In this document: positions 1 to 13,710 of the stretch, piece by piece
Position numbering within the stretch: position 1 is the stretch's first letter
How the letters are laid out: every line of letters starts with the position of its first letter
Source of the DNA: Octopus vulgaris
Lineage: Eukaryota
Assembly (NCBI GenBank): GCA_951406725.2
Contig: OX597820.1
Coordinates: forward strand, 114,204,001 to 114,268,000
Reading direction: 5' to 3'
Length of the DNA stretch: 64,000 nt
Position numbers and translations under genes: made by a program
Notes under the pieces: generated by a model
What the model was told of the DNA's origin: nothing
What the model saw: only the letters and a program-made list of their open reading frames with translations
The model's database searches: none

Positions 1-231
1 GATTTGAATGAGAATGTATGTGAGAGAGAAAGAGAGACTGTGCCTGTGAGCGCATGTTTGTGCATGTGCACACACATACACACATACTTAACTATAATAT
101 CCACACCTTACACAGACATGAACATGCACTCACATCCACACACATTTACACACGTCCTCTCTCACACACATACTCACATAATCCACTGCCACACAAATGC
201 ACATCAGTACCTACAAACATGCACACACACA

Positions 232-304
<73 letters not shown>
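232..304. repeat. (CT)n microsatellite
   Basis: Uninterrupted tc dinucleotide run; explains the SLSLSL and RERERE ORFs. Confidence 0.95.
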
Positions 305-307
<3 letters not shown>

Positions 308-513
308 TTCTTTCTTTCATTCTGAGGTTGCAAATAACAATGAAAGGACTTTGACAAACCTAGCTGGTCATTGATTGACTGAATGATTGGCAAATAAAGA
401 TAAAGAAGTGAAACAATGTGTTTATTGGCATATTGACCCTCCCAAGATACAACAAAATACAAGTTCACATCAAAAAACTCAAAAACGAAATACTGAAACA
501 AAATATCATTGTA

Positions 514-1781
514 TTAGGTTGTTCGGAAAATAATGACCGATTTTAAAAATAAGCCTATATTCTTAAAAGACCGAACTTGTACAAAGGTTTAATTATTCAA
601 AATATGATCCCTGGAGAGCTCTGTATTTCTCTCATTGCTTAACAGGGTCATTTATGCATCTTTGGATAAAAATCCAAAGGTTTTGATGCCAAGAAATCCT
701 TGAATTCAGTATCACCTCAGTTTTGGAATTGAAGGTTCTTTGCCTTAAAAAAGTGTCTAAATGCTTGAAAAAGTGGTAGTTGGTGGGCGAGAGATTTGGA
801 GAATATGATGGATGTGGTAAAAGTATCCCAAGTCTGTGAGCTTCTGTAGTATCATCCTGGAAATGTGTGGTTGAGTGTTATGGAGCAGAAATGGACCACA
901 TCGATTAACAAGTGCAGGTCTTATTTTGCTCAATTGAACATGCATTTCTTCCAGTTGCTTACAGTAAACTTCCAATGTAATATTCTGGTTAGGTTCCAGT
1001 AATGGATGACACCAACAGTAGATCACCAGACAGTCACCATAATCTTCTGCTGATGCAACTTCGGTTTTGGGAATTGGTTGGGTGCTTCATCATGATCAAG
1101 CCATTGACTTGATCACTTACGATTATCATAAAGATTCACTTTTCATCACAAGTCACTGTTTGATCAAGAAATGGGTCATTAGAATTTCACAGAGAGAGCA
1201 TCAAACACACCTGAAAATGCTGAGTTCTTTGATTTTCATTGCAGTTGTGCCAGAGCCATGTATCAAGTTCTTTCACTTAGCTGATTTTCTTCAGGTGATC
1301 TGATACTGTTGAAACACTGATACCAAGTATATGAGACATTTCTCTGGCACTTTGTCATGGCTTTTGTTCGACTATTGTTTTCAAATGTTGATCATCAAAT
1401 CAAGGGTGGATGGACATCCTCTAGCTTCTTGATCTTCAAGGCTCTCATCCCTACTACAGAATCTCTCAAACCACTGTTGTACCATCTGATCACTAGTGGA
1501 CCCTTCACCCCATGCTCTGTTGATATTGGTAGCAGTTTGGGAAGCATTATGTCCAAGCTTGAATTCATGCCAAAACAGTAAATGCATTTCTTCTTTTTCA
1601 TGTTTGAAATTAAGGATTTCTACACTTCAAAATTATATTCTGAAAGAAATCAACAAGAATTGAGTACACATCAATGATTAAGCATGTAAAATTTTGTCTG
1701 AAACACCATAAAAATAACATCTTAAATTGAATTTGAAGAAATGTTTCCAAAAAATCGGACACTATTTTCCAAACAGCTTAA
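514..1781 (-). mobile_element. Full-length degenerate mariner DNA transposon (~1.27 kb), transposase frameshifted
   Basis: Imperfect ~31-bp TIRs (ttaggttgttcggaaaataatgaccgatttt at 514; aaaatcggacactattttccaaacagcttaa ending 1781), each flanked by TA. Minus-strand fragments HEFKLGHNASQTATNINRAWGEG...WFERF and YCKQLEEMH...RPALVNR..PFLLHN resemble Hsmar1/SETMAR-type transposase. Confidence 0.9.
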
Positions 1782-2546
1782 TAGTTGTCATTGTTATCAT
1801 CATCATGTTTCCATGCTAGTATGGGTTAGATAAGTCTGCTTCATCACAGCATCATTCTGTTGTCAAGGCTCAGTAGCAAGTGATTATCCTTCACCAGATC
1901 TTCCAATGTTTTCCTCAGTCTTTCTCTTCCATAAACTTGTTCCATTTTGACCACCGGACTTTTCTTCACCCAAATATCATCCTTCATACTGGGTGTTTGG
2001 GCTAAATTTGACAGTTTAGATAAAAGGAAAAAATATATATACCATCCAGAAGTAAAAGTATTTTAAAAAAATCCCAAAATATGTAGAGAGGCATGATGCA
2101 GTCAGAACACCTGTTGTGTCCCTTTCAGCTGGCCATGGGTTTTATAGTCTCTGTTGCAGCTGCCCCTGTCATGTCTCACTGCCTTTAGAGGGCTCAGAGA
2201 ACACTGAGCAGCAGTCAGGGTGTTGGTCCTTTCATAACCAGCACAAATTCTCATAACACAAGTAGCTCTTTTCCAATATTCTGCTGGTCTCCAGTCCACT
2301 GTGTCAGCTAACTTTTTCTCAACTTCTCAACAGTTTTAATCTTTATGCTTTTTAATGCCTTCGACTGTTCACCAATACATAGAGCTGTTCCTGAAAATAA
2401 AAGACATTAAAAAAAATCATCAAATTTGGCCCAAACATCCTGTACACACTCTATTAACCAAATATATTACATATATCACTATGGTTTGATCTGATTATCA
2501 AGAAGTTTCTTGCTGATGAATCGGCATAAAATGTAGTGTATTTATA

Positions 2547-3145
2547 AATATGCTGTGCTGCAGGAGACTCGGCAAGTGCAAGTGTGACCATAACCTTGTG
2601 GCCTATGCTAGGGGTGTAACCAGTCCACTTATGCGTGCCTTTCCTTCATTGGACACTAAACTCTGCTTGCGAAGACCAGTTGAGGCAAGTGAAATCAAAC
2701 TCGGTGACTGGCATCCGTCGCTAGTGGAGTGCTAAGAGAACCATATGAGTGAGATTGTTGCCAGAGCAACAAGCTGGCCTTCGTGCTGATGGCACGTTAA
2801 ACACACCATTCAAGTGTGATCGTTACCGCGTCGCCTTACTAGCACTTGCGCTGATGGCATGTGAAATATTCGAGCGAGGTCATTGCTAGTACCGCTGGAC
2901 TGGCTCCTGTGCAGGTGGCACATAAAAAGCACCATTTGGGCGTGGCCGTTGCCAGTACTACCAAACTGGCCCTCATGCTGGTGGCACTTTAAAAGCACCC
3001 ACTACACTCTCGGAGTGGTTGGCGTATGGAAGGGCATCCAACTGTAGAAACTCTGCCAGATCAGATTGGAGTCTGGTTCGCCAGACCTCAGTCAAATCGT
3101 TCAACCCATGCTAGCATGGAAAGCAGACGTTAAATGATGATGATG
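2547..3145 (+). mobile_element. 5'-truncated RTE LINE 3' end (ORF tail, 3'UTR, (GAT)n tail)
   Basis: Similar to the 3' ends of the RTE copies at 41310-41740 and 57040-57660; ends gttaaatgatgatgatg. Confidence 0.8.
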
Positions 3146-3289
3146 TAAATATACATTCTGAAAACAAGGCTATTAATCCTGAAACCTTTATATAAACAAC
3201 TATCAAAGATTTATATAATTAATGACTCTAATATTTTAATAAAACTATTAGACTATTATATAGGGTGATCCAAATGTGCTCTTAGTAAT

Positions 3290-3500
3290 AGTGGTTTCAA
3301 GTTTTGGCACAAGGCCAGCATTTCAGGGGAGTGGGTAGGTTGATTACACTGACCCCTGTACTCAGCTGATACTTATTTTATCAATCCTGAAAGGATGAAA
3401 GGCAAAGTCAACAATGATGGAATTTGATCTAGGAATGTGAAAACAGACCAAATGCCGCTAAGCATTTTGCCTGGCATCCTAACAATTCTGCCAGCTCCTC
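3290..3500 (-). mobile_element. tRNA-derived SINE, Meta-domain-like family (degenerate)
   Basis: Reverse complement of the family seen intact at 61168-61402; core ctttgcctttcatcctttc. Confidence 0.7.
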
Positions 3501-3519
3501 ATCTTCACTCATATTATTT

Positions 3520-3720
3520 ACCCTCTAGCTTTCGGATTATTCCGTCAAATATAATTCATATTATTTTGCACTAATTTTATAGCTTTGAGATTTCAATGAT
3601 GTGATTCTTTTTAGAATGACATTGTAGGGCAGGTGTAAGGGGCTAAATCTGGCTGGTTTGAATGTAAAATAAGTAGGATATTTGGGATGGATATGGCTGG
3701 TTTGAATGCTAATGGGTTAA
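3520..3720. mobile_element. piggyBac-like MITE (ccct(t)tagc...gctaa(a)ggg|ttaa)
   Basis: Same family as 30039-30406 and 34378-34585; TTAA at the right end. Confidence 0.6.
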
Positions 3721-4575
3721 TATTAATAATGAATGTAAGAAGAACAAGTGTAAGAATGTCAAATAAATGAAGAAATTTGTTGAGGTTCTCTTGCAGACTA
3801 CCTCACTAATGAATGCCAGTGATCAGAACTCAGCCTATGGATATAGTACAAGAAATGAGGAAGGGTCAAGGCTTTGGAAACCTGGTCAGTCACCTGATAG
3901 TCTACAAATAATGTGAACATGCAAATTAGAGACTTCCTAGTCATCGCGAAATGGGATAAGTAAATGGTTGTGAATACTAAGTCTTTTTTCTAAAGAATCA
4001 ACCACTCATCATAGTCTAATGATCAAAGACCTCAATATAAGAGCCAGATTGACTTAGAGGCACAAGGCAATCGAAGGGAGGATATGGAAGCTAGATCCTT
4101 TGGCTAGACTTAAGTTCAAACAAATAGCTGATGTATATGAAGAAAGAGGAGGAGATAGACTTATATCATAGACTTTCTGTAAATTGACCTGATGTGACTA
4201 AATCTGTGGATGAAGCCAAATGGAAAGTAATGTGTTGATGGGATGGTTGAACAGATGCCCATAAAAGCTAAGAAAAATGAGAAGAAAGGTAGGAAGAGGG
4301 AACAATATAAGACAACTAGAAAAGCTAGATATCAAGTATGTATGTTGCAATGAGAGGAACTAAAAGTGGTTTATCAATGTTTTGTAATGAGAGGATCAGA
4401 TATGTGAGGTGTTATAGATTGCAAAGCAGTGTGTCAGTAAATCAAGGGGATGTTAAGGGAAAGTATGTCAGGATGATAAACTGGTACAGTTTCCTTTTAT
4501 TGATGCCAAAGCAAAAGAAAGATATAGAAACGTTGTCATCAGAGTTCATTGGATTAGGAGAATACATGAGATATA

Positions 4576-4698
4576 CAGGGTGTCCACAAAGTCTGGGTAC
4601 ATGGAGTAAATAAAATCATAACATAGAGAATTAAATATAAGAAATAATTTCTTAAGGTATGTGTTAATTCCGATGTACCCAGACTTTGTGGACCCCTG
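4576..4698. mobile_element. Tc1/mariner-type MITE, 123 bp
   Basis: TIRs cagggtgtccacaaagtctgggtacat / atgtacccagactttgtggacccctg with TA on both sides. Confidence 0.85.
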
Positions 4699-4987
4699 TA
4701 GTTCATGTCTGTGCCCATAAGTTGTTGGTATTTGCAGACACTACATTTGCTGAATACCCAATTTTTTCAAATGCTTGAAAGTATTATATTAATCTGGTAC
4801 TCTATCAAATTCTGGTTTGCTGGAGGACAGTGATGACATGTGCTTTGGGGCACTAAGTCTTGGAGGATGTTCAGAGGTGGGTAGAATGCATGTGGAGGAA
4901 CAACAATCTTTCAGTAGGTTTATGGTAAAAGTAAAATTTATCTGTTTCTAGATTTAAGGTGACATATTTAAAATTTACCTTAGAGAG

Positions 4988-5372
4988 ATTTTAGAACATG
5001 GTTAAGTCCATAAAATAGGATTTAACTACACCTCCATTTAGAGCACAGTTTAAGCTATCTTTTTTGTGGAAGAAGGTTTATGTTCCTATAACCTGTGTTA
5101 ATTCTGTATGAGCTACCCCACCCTCCATATTCACCAGATCTCGAATATGGAGGGTGGGGTAACACATCCCAGCTGAGCTGCAGCAATTTTTGTCTGGTTC
5201 CCAAAGCATCAAGTGCCCAAAAGGAACTTTCTTATCTTCCATTTTAAAGGGTTACAGAATTAACACAGGTTATAGGAACATAAACCTTCTTCCATGAAAA
5301 GATAGCTTAAACTGTGCTCTAAATGGAGGTGTAGTCAAATCCTATTTTATGGACTCAACCATGTTCTAAAAT
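4988..5372. repeat. Long inverted repeat (~120-bp arms) enclosing a perfect 19-bp hairpin
   Basis: Arms 4988-5108 and 5253-5372 are near-perfect reverse complements; inner stem 5114-5132 / 5143-5161. Confidence 0.9.
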
Positions 5373-5519
5373 AAGTTGAAAGGTAAGCTACTATAAATCG
5401 GCATGAACTTTCTGGACAACCCAATACATGGAAATAACAATTTTTGAACATACATAGTACAATATAGACACATAAAAACACAAAAACATTTCGAGAGGAA
5501 TACATTAGGCAATTAATAA

Positions 5520-6330
5520 AAATCATAATATCATAAGAACATTCTTACCACAAAAGATGTTGACTACAGTGTGAGGGATTGTTACTGGGAGGTTGAGGGC
5601 TGAGGAACTTATCCAAGGTTGTTTGTTGTTTATGATGCACATCTCTTTATACAACACTATATAGGTACTGAGCTCATTATAAACTCTTGTAATTTCTATG
5701 TTATGTTCACAATTAGGATCATTATCAGCAAAAGCCTGCAGGCCTTCTATAAGCGCCAGCCCTTTAGCAATAATTTTTGTGATCAATTTAAGTGGTGCAG
5801 GTGGAACTTCCTTCATCTCATCTGTATTTTCAGCTTCTTCTTTTTCTAACAGCATCTCTTCTTCATTAAACTTTCTCTTGGGACACTGAAAACTCAGTTG
5901 TATCATCCTCTACAATTTCTTCAAATCCTACATCCTTTGCAAGTTTGATGTAGACTTTCTTCTTGAGGAAAACTTGTGATACCATGGATACAGTGAGGCC
6001 ATATATTTTTTCCAAGCACTATTCTAAGTTGAAGGTTTCACTTCATCCAATGACTCAGCTATATTATCCAGAGCATCCATTATGTTGAATTTCTCCCAGA
6101 AATCTTTAACTGTAGGTTTATCCTCCCTGTCGGTTGCTTTCATAATTTGCTTGAAAGTTCTCATATTATATGCCTTGAAGTTACCTTCATCCATTGGTTG
6201 GAGCAACAAAGTTGTATTCTTGAGGATATATTCTACTCCCGCATTATCAGAAAGGTAATCTAAGTTCAGCGGGTGGCTTGGTACATTATCTAAAAGAAGC
6301 CATGCTTTGTTGGAAATATGTTTGACACTG
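5520..6330 (-). pseudogene. Tigger/pogo-family DDE transposase remnant
   Basis: Minus strand reads KAWLLLDNVPSHP...NTTLLLQPMDEG.FKAY...VKDFWEKFNIMDA, matching the Tigger LLDNAPGHP and QPMDQG motifs; stops and frameshifts present. Confidence 0.85.
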
Positions 6331-6869
6331 ACTCTTCTTCCTTCAGATCACACTATGCTATATTTAATAAAATCTAGGACACACTGGCTAACATAGTCTT
6401 AGAAACTTTGAATAAGAAGTGAGATGGTCGTGACTGGAGTGCCTGTGATCGTAGATTTGTTCTTATATTACTAACCAGAGCTAAATAATATAACAAACCC
6501 ATGAGAGATTCTATATGCAATCTCTTGACCTGCTAGAAGGAGCACCTGAATATCTCTCATTTATGCACACTGCCATCTTAAAACTGGAAGGACATATTAG
6601 ATAATGTAGTCTTTGATACTCTATACCAGAAAAGAAGACATGATGGTCTTGGCTGGAACGCTTTCAATCATAGATCTACTGAATCTGACCCAGGGCTAAA
6701 CAAGTTTCTTTGCTATAAATCCCATCCAACTATCTTAAGAAATGGAAGAGCACTTTAGATACTTAGTATTAGATACTGTTTGAATAAAAGATGTGATGGT
6801 CACAGCATTCACACTCTTGATTACTTTGAGATAAAAAGAAGAATCTTATATGCTATAATTTTTTTCTGA

Positions 6870-7166
6870 AATCTGTTCTGGATACTATGCAGCAATGGAT
6901 TGTTGATTAGCAACTGAAGCTGGATATTGACAAGTGTACCTCTATACATTTTGGGAGAAAAAGCCCAGAGCTTATCAACTTTCTCAACAACATCAATCTC
7001 AAGAAATTTGGAGCAAAACATGACACACACATTATTGTCTACAATGATCTGCACTGGACAAACCACATTTCTAATAGTATAAAAAAAACCCAAAAAAGGT
7101 GTCTTAGCATTACTCATTGAGAACATCGAAACCATTGTCAACTGTTCACTGGTTATTTATTTAAAG

Positions 7167-7198
<32 letters not shown>

Positions 7199-8290
7199 CT
7201 ATGCTACATCTACACTTAGAGTTTGCATTGCCAGTTTGGAATCCTCATCTTGCCCAGAATATTAATTTGCTGGTTGCTCATTCAGAGATGTGCAACCCAT
7301 CAAATACCTTCTGTCAGTCACTAACCATATCATGAACATCTTGCTTCTCTGGGCATTCAGACACTAACAGTATTAATATTTTGTGGCTGATTTGGTAGAA
7401 GCCCTCAAGATTAGCTACTATTTTCCCAATAACAACTTTTAGCTACTTTTTAAAATTCAATATCTCTACTATACATGGACATGCATATAAATTCAAAGAA
7501 CAATGCAGCACCTATGACTTTCATTAAAAATTTTTGACACTCACAAATATTGAATCATGGAATAAACTACTCACATCAATTGTAAGCTGTCATCCTTTAA
7601 CAATTCTATGCTTTCTGAAATTCACTAACACTATTCCTGATGTACCTATTTCTTTACTACCCACAAGGGGCCAAACACAGAGAGGACAAACAAGGACAGA
7701 CAAACGGATTAAGTCAATTATATCGACCCCAGTGCATAACTTGTACTTATTTAATCGACCCCGAAAGGATGAAAGGCAAAGTTGACCTCGGCGGAATTTG
7801 AACTCAGAACATAACGGCAGATGAAATACCTATTTCTTTACTACCCACAAGGGGCCAAACACAGAGAGGACAAACAAGGACAGACAAACAGATTAAGTTG
7901 ATTATATCGACCCCAGTGCATAACTTGTACTTATTTAATCGACCCCAAAAGGATGAAAGGCAAAGTTGACCTCGGCGGAATTTGAACTCAGAACGTAATG
8001 GCAGACGAAATACCGGTAAGCATTTCGCCGGCGTGCTAATGTTTCTGCCAGCTCACCGCCTTATTCACTATTCCTGATGTACCTATGCATCCTTTACTCT
8101 TCGTGGTGTTTTTAATGATCCCTGTCCTGTCTTCTTCTATCTTATCCTGAGGACCGTGGATGCACTTTTCTCTTCCATTGTTGTCTTCTTTTGGCTTATA
8201 TTCTACTTTCTGTCCACTCTCATTCTTTTCTAACATGTTGTCGTGCACCTGAGCATTGTATACAATCAACTTATTATCATTTTTATTACT
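6870..8290 (+). mobile_element. Degenerate CR1-like LINE 3' portion, interrupted by (TA)n and a SINE dimer
   Basis: HLEFALPVWNPHL motif near 7215; similar to 42090-42645 including the terminal gtgcacctgagca(c/t)tgtatacaat. Confidence 0.7.
7643..8060 (-). mobile_element. Meta-like SINE with internal ~184-bp tandem duplication
   Basis: 7643-7826 repeats as 7827-8010; flanking direct repeat cactattcctgatgtacctat at 7629-7649 and 8066-8086. Confidence 0.85.
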
Positions 8291-8423
8291 TAAATTTTTT
8301 TAGAGTGTGGTTAAATAACAATATATTGTCCACTGGTGTGGACTGATCCTGCATACATTTACATCTTTACATCTATGTTGGCTTATTTAGTGACAGAGAT
8401 ATCTTATTAACATGTAACTAAAA

Positions 8424-8865
8424 CATCATCATCATCATCATCATCATTTAACGCCCACTTTCCATGCTGGCATGGGTTGGACGAATGACTGTGGGCTGGC
8501 GAACCAGATGGCTGCACCAGGCTTCAATCTTGATCTGGCAGAGTTTCTACAGCTGGATGCCCTTCCTAACGCCAACCACTTTACAGAGTGTAGTGGGTGC
8601 TTTTACATGCCAGTCAGGCAGTACTGGCAACGACCTCACTCGAATCCTTTCCACATGCCACCGGCACGGGTGCCAGTGAGGCGAAGCTGGTAACGATCAC
8701 GCTCAAATGGTGTTTTTTACATGCCACCGGCACAGAGGCCAGATAGCCGCTCTGGCAATGATCACGCTCAGATGGTGTTCTTAATACCCTATTCGCATGG
8801 GGCCCGAGTGCCAGTAGAGCAATGCAGGTAACGATCATGCTCAAATGGTGCCTTTTAAGTGCCAC
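8424..8865 (-). mobile_element. RTE LINE 3'UTR fragment
   Basis: (CAT)n tail plus conserved tttctacagctggatgcccttcctaacgccaacc block and internal repeats. Confidence 0.8.
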
Positions 8866-9529
8866 TATCTCATACCTAGATCATGTTCAATTAGCATGGA
8901 AACTGAGGTAAGCCTCACTGAAGTAAGCCCCAGTTTCCAAGGCATATAAGCAACCAAGCGTACAGGATTCCCCAAAGGAACAAGACACCAGTCTACTACA
9001 ATGTTTACTGATGGTTGATAATATTTTCAGCTAAGTTGACAGCAAATACAGGAGACAAAGTATATGTTCAAGGTCACGGTGTGCCACCTGGTGCAGGAAT
9101 TTAACCTACAACCTTATGATAATAAGCTCAACACTCTAATCACTCTAATCATTAGGCCACAAGCTTTGACAATTGAAATTTAGTATATTGAATTCACTGG
9201 AAACTGAATAAATTCTGAATTCTGTTATGCTTATTACATCCAAATGAAACAAAAAGATTGAGTACTACATAGAGATACAAGAATATTAGCCATCATATGA
9301 CAGGTAACTTAGAAAGCATACTTTTGCCATCAGGAAAATATAGCATACAAAGAAACAATTACAATTTAAATTCTATAAAATATTTCAGTGTGTACACAGA
9401 ATTAGGAAATGAATACTAATTTTCAATAAGACAAAATATTTATTAATTTAAAATCAAATAAAAAATTCAAAAAATTCAAAAAGTAAATCCCTCTCTCTCT
9501 CTTTCGGAGAGGCACTGAGCAGCTATACG

Positions 9530-9690
9530 CATACATACACACACGGCAGTAACTTCCACCTACCGAATTCAATCACAAAGCTTCGGTCGACTCAAGGCTA
9601 TAGCAGAAGACACCTACCCAAAGTGCCACGCAGTGGGACTGAACCCGAAACCATGTAGTTAGGAAGCAAGCTCCCTAGCCACACAGCCAT
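9530..9690 (-). mobile_element. tRNA/CORE-like SINE head
   Basis: Reverse complement of ggttcagtcccactgcgtggca...gtgtcttctgctatagcc, as at 55293. Confidence 0.7.
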
Positions 9691-9747
9691 GAAAACCATA
9701 TTCTTTGCATTGATTTAATAGTATGTTAGTTTACATTCTCTTTCTGC

Positions 9748-9759
9748 ACACACACACAC

Positions 9760-9821
<62 letters not shown>

Positions 9822-10262
9822 TAACTCTCTCTGTATCTCTCTCCCCATCTCTATACAATGTAAAGCATAACCCAAAGGTATCAACCATCCAACCAGCATT
9901 TATATCAGCTCTTTTTATTTTATGGTGGTAATTAAAATTTCTAAATATAATATGTTTTCCCAGTTCTTTCCTTCACCATTTTTTTGGAACTACAGCCCAT
10001 TATCTTGTTTGAATTCCAAAATTTAATCTTAATTTAGATCATGGTAAGATTATAATTTCAGAAAATTGCCTTTCTGCCAAAATTTACAGAGTTTTGGCAC
10101 TTAACATGTTGAAATGTTGAAAATCTACTGAATTTGCTAGGAATTGAACACTTGACAGAAACCTTACAAACATGAACTCTGTAAAGGAAAATTGGTTAAA
10201 ACATAAGTTTGGAAATATAAGTTTGGTAAATTTACTTGCTAAACTTATCTTACTTCAAGTGC

Positions 10263-10361
<99 letters not shown>

Positions 10362-10374
10362 ATCTATCTATCTA

Positions 10375-10405
<31 letters not shown>

Positions 10406-10689
10406 TATGTATACACACAAACATACACACACACACATTCACACACACACGTACTCATACACATACACACATTCACACACACATGTGCACTGCACGCACA
10501 CACACACACACATGCACACACATGTAAAAAATATATATATGTGCATATATATTCAAGTACAAATATATATTGATGTGTATCGAATTGTATATAGAATTGT
10601 GTGCATGTGTGTGTGTCTGCGTTTATATTAGTGAAAATTTACATGCTCTATTACATATATATAGTGTGCTTTCATTTCTAACTGATAGT

Positions 10690-10724
<35 letters not shown>

Positions 10725-10768
10725 TATATACATGCACATCTATACAAACATGTACACACACACACATA

Positions 10769-10805
<37 letters not shown>

Positions 10806-10890
10806 TTATATATATATATATATATATATGTATGTTTATATATATATAACTATGTATATATATGTATATATGTGTATGTATATCTCTATG

Positions 10891-10959
<69 letters not shown>

Positions 10960-11747
10960 TTACATCTATACATATGTAGATGTTATATATTATATATTAT
11001 CTACATTAACATATCTACATATCTATGTACAGATTCACATGTATACATACATGTATACATAGATGCGCACGCACACACATGCATGTTAATGTGTATACAT
11101 ATGTGTGACTGGATATGTGTGAGCATGCATACATTTATGTATATACATTTATGTATATACATTTATGTATATATATTCTGGCTTTTTTTCCTCTCCTTGT
11201 TACTTCACATTACTCTTCTGAACAGGTTTCAAATATTGGCGATGGAAAAACTTTGTACAAACTGATAAACCTAAATACATACATGTGTGTACACTTACAC
11301 ACACGTTCACACTTATACATGCACACATACATATATCTATGCACAAGTGCACATATATTTTTTTACAATCTTTGGGTTTATTAGTTTGTACAAAGTTTTC
11401 AATCAATAATATTTAAAATCTGTTTAGGAAAGTCAGATACAAGTGCTGTAACAAGGAGAGAAAAAAAAGCATATCTGGTTCTGTGGATATACAAACATAA
11501 ACATGCATTTTTGCGAATTTGCATGTGTAATGTGTGTGTGCGTGTGTGTGTGTGTGTGCGCGTGTGAATGTGCATATGCACATATACATACTGAGAGGAT
11601 AATACATATATACACACATAAACATGTGTTTTTGTGAATGTGTATGTGTAATGCGTGTGTGTGTGTGCATATGCACATATACACACTGAGAGGATAATAC
11701 ATATGTGTGTGTTTATGTGTATATATCTATCTATCTATCTATCTATC

Positions 11748-11780
<33 letters not shown>

Positions 11781-12013
11781 GCGTGTGTGTGTGTGTGTGT
11801 GAGTGTGTGTGTGTATGTATGTATGTAATGTATGTATATATGTATATATGTATGTATATATATACACACACACACATGCACATATACACATGCACAAGCA
11901 CACACACAAACACATGCATCTATATACAGCTGTATAACACATTATATAAATAAACTGAACGAAAAGAAGGAGGTGGGGAAGTTGGTGATAGAAATGTAAG
12001 AAATGGATGGGAA

Positions 12014-12068
<55 letters not shown>

Positions 12069-12070
12069 CA
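9748..12070. repeat. Compound microsatellite field: (CA)n, (TCTA)n, (TA)n, (TG)n, (GA)n
   Basis: Directly visible simple repeats; the overlapping ORFs are low-complexity artefacts. Confidence 0.9.
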
Positions 12071-12337
12071 GAGGGAGTTGAGAGGAGGAGGAAGTCGGGA
12101 ACTAAGTAGGTAAGACAGATGAACGGAGAAGGAGCGATAAGCTAATGGATTCATATATTGTATGGATTCCACTGCCTCTCCTACCTTTTCCAACCCATCA
12201 CTGCTTGCCAGAAAATAACTGATGGAGGATGCTACAGAATGGGGAGAACTTCCACTTCACTTTCACATCATCCTATCTTAACAGAAGGTTCTTCATTCAT
12301 GTTATATTTACACCCATGTATTAGCTGAATGTTGCAC

Positions 12338-13265
12338 CCTCACACACACACAAACACACACGCACACATACACACACGCACACATACACACAAACACCCA
12401 CCCTCACATACACACAAACACACACCCTCACATACACACAAACACACACTCACACACACACAAACACACACGCACACATACACACAAACACACACGCACA
12501 CATACACACACGCACACACACAAACACCCCCCCCCCTCACATGCACACAAACACACACCCTCACATACACACAAACACACCCCTCACATACACACACACA
12601 CACACACACACATACACACAAACACACACGCACACATACACACAAACACACACATACACACAAACATGCACACACATACACACAAACACACACGCACACA
12701 TACACACAAACACACCACACACACACACACACGCACACACACACACACACACACAAACACACCCTCACATACACACACACAAACACACACGCACACATAC
12801 ACACAAACACACACGCACACATACGCACAAACACACACGCACACATACACACACGCACACACACAAACACCCCCCCACATACACACAAACACACCCCCTC
12901 ACATACACACACACACACACCCACCCTCACATACACACAAACACACACGCACACATACACACAAACACACACATACACACAAACACACCCTCACACACAC
13001 ACAAACACACACGCACACATACACACAAACACACACCCTCACACACACACAAACACACACGCACATACACACAAACACACACCCTCACATACACACAAAC
13101 ACACCCTCACACACACACAAACACATACGCACACATACACACAAACACACACCCTCACATACACACAAACACACCCTCACACACACACAAACACACACCC
13201 TCACATACACACAAACACACACACACACACAAACACACACGCACACACACACAAACACACACCCT

Positions 13266-13304
<39 letters not shown>

Positions 13305-13710
13305 ACGCACACATACACACACACACACACACACACCACACATACACACAAACACACCCTCACACACACACAAACACACACGCACACATACACACAAACA
13401 CACACCCTCACATACACACAAACACACCCTCACACACACACAAACACACACGCACACATACACACAAACACACACACACACACAAACACACACGCACACA
13501 TACACACAAACACACACCCTCACATACACACAAACACACACCCTCACATACACACAAACACACACATACACACAAACACACCCTCACATACACACAAACA
13601 CACACGCACACATACACACAAACACACACCCTCACATACACACAAACACACACGCACACATACACACAAACGCACACCCTCACATACACACAAACACACA
13701 CGCACACATT
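12338..13710. repeat. CA-rich cryptic minisatellite (~22-24-bp units)
   Basis: Recurrent units cacacaaacacacaccctcacata and cacacaaacacacacgcacacata. Confidence 0.9.

Noticed and set aside
10172-11953. Many 60-230-aa YI/SIYL/HT ORFs
   Set aside because: Microsatellite artefacts.
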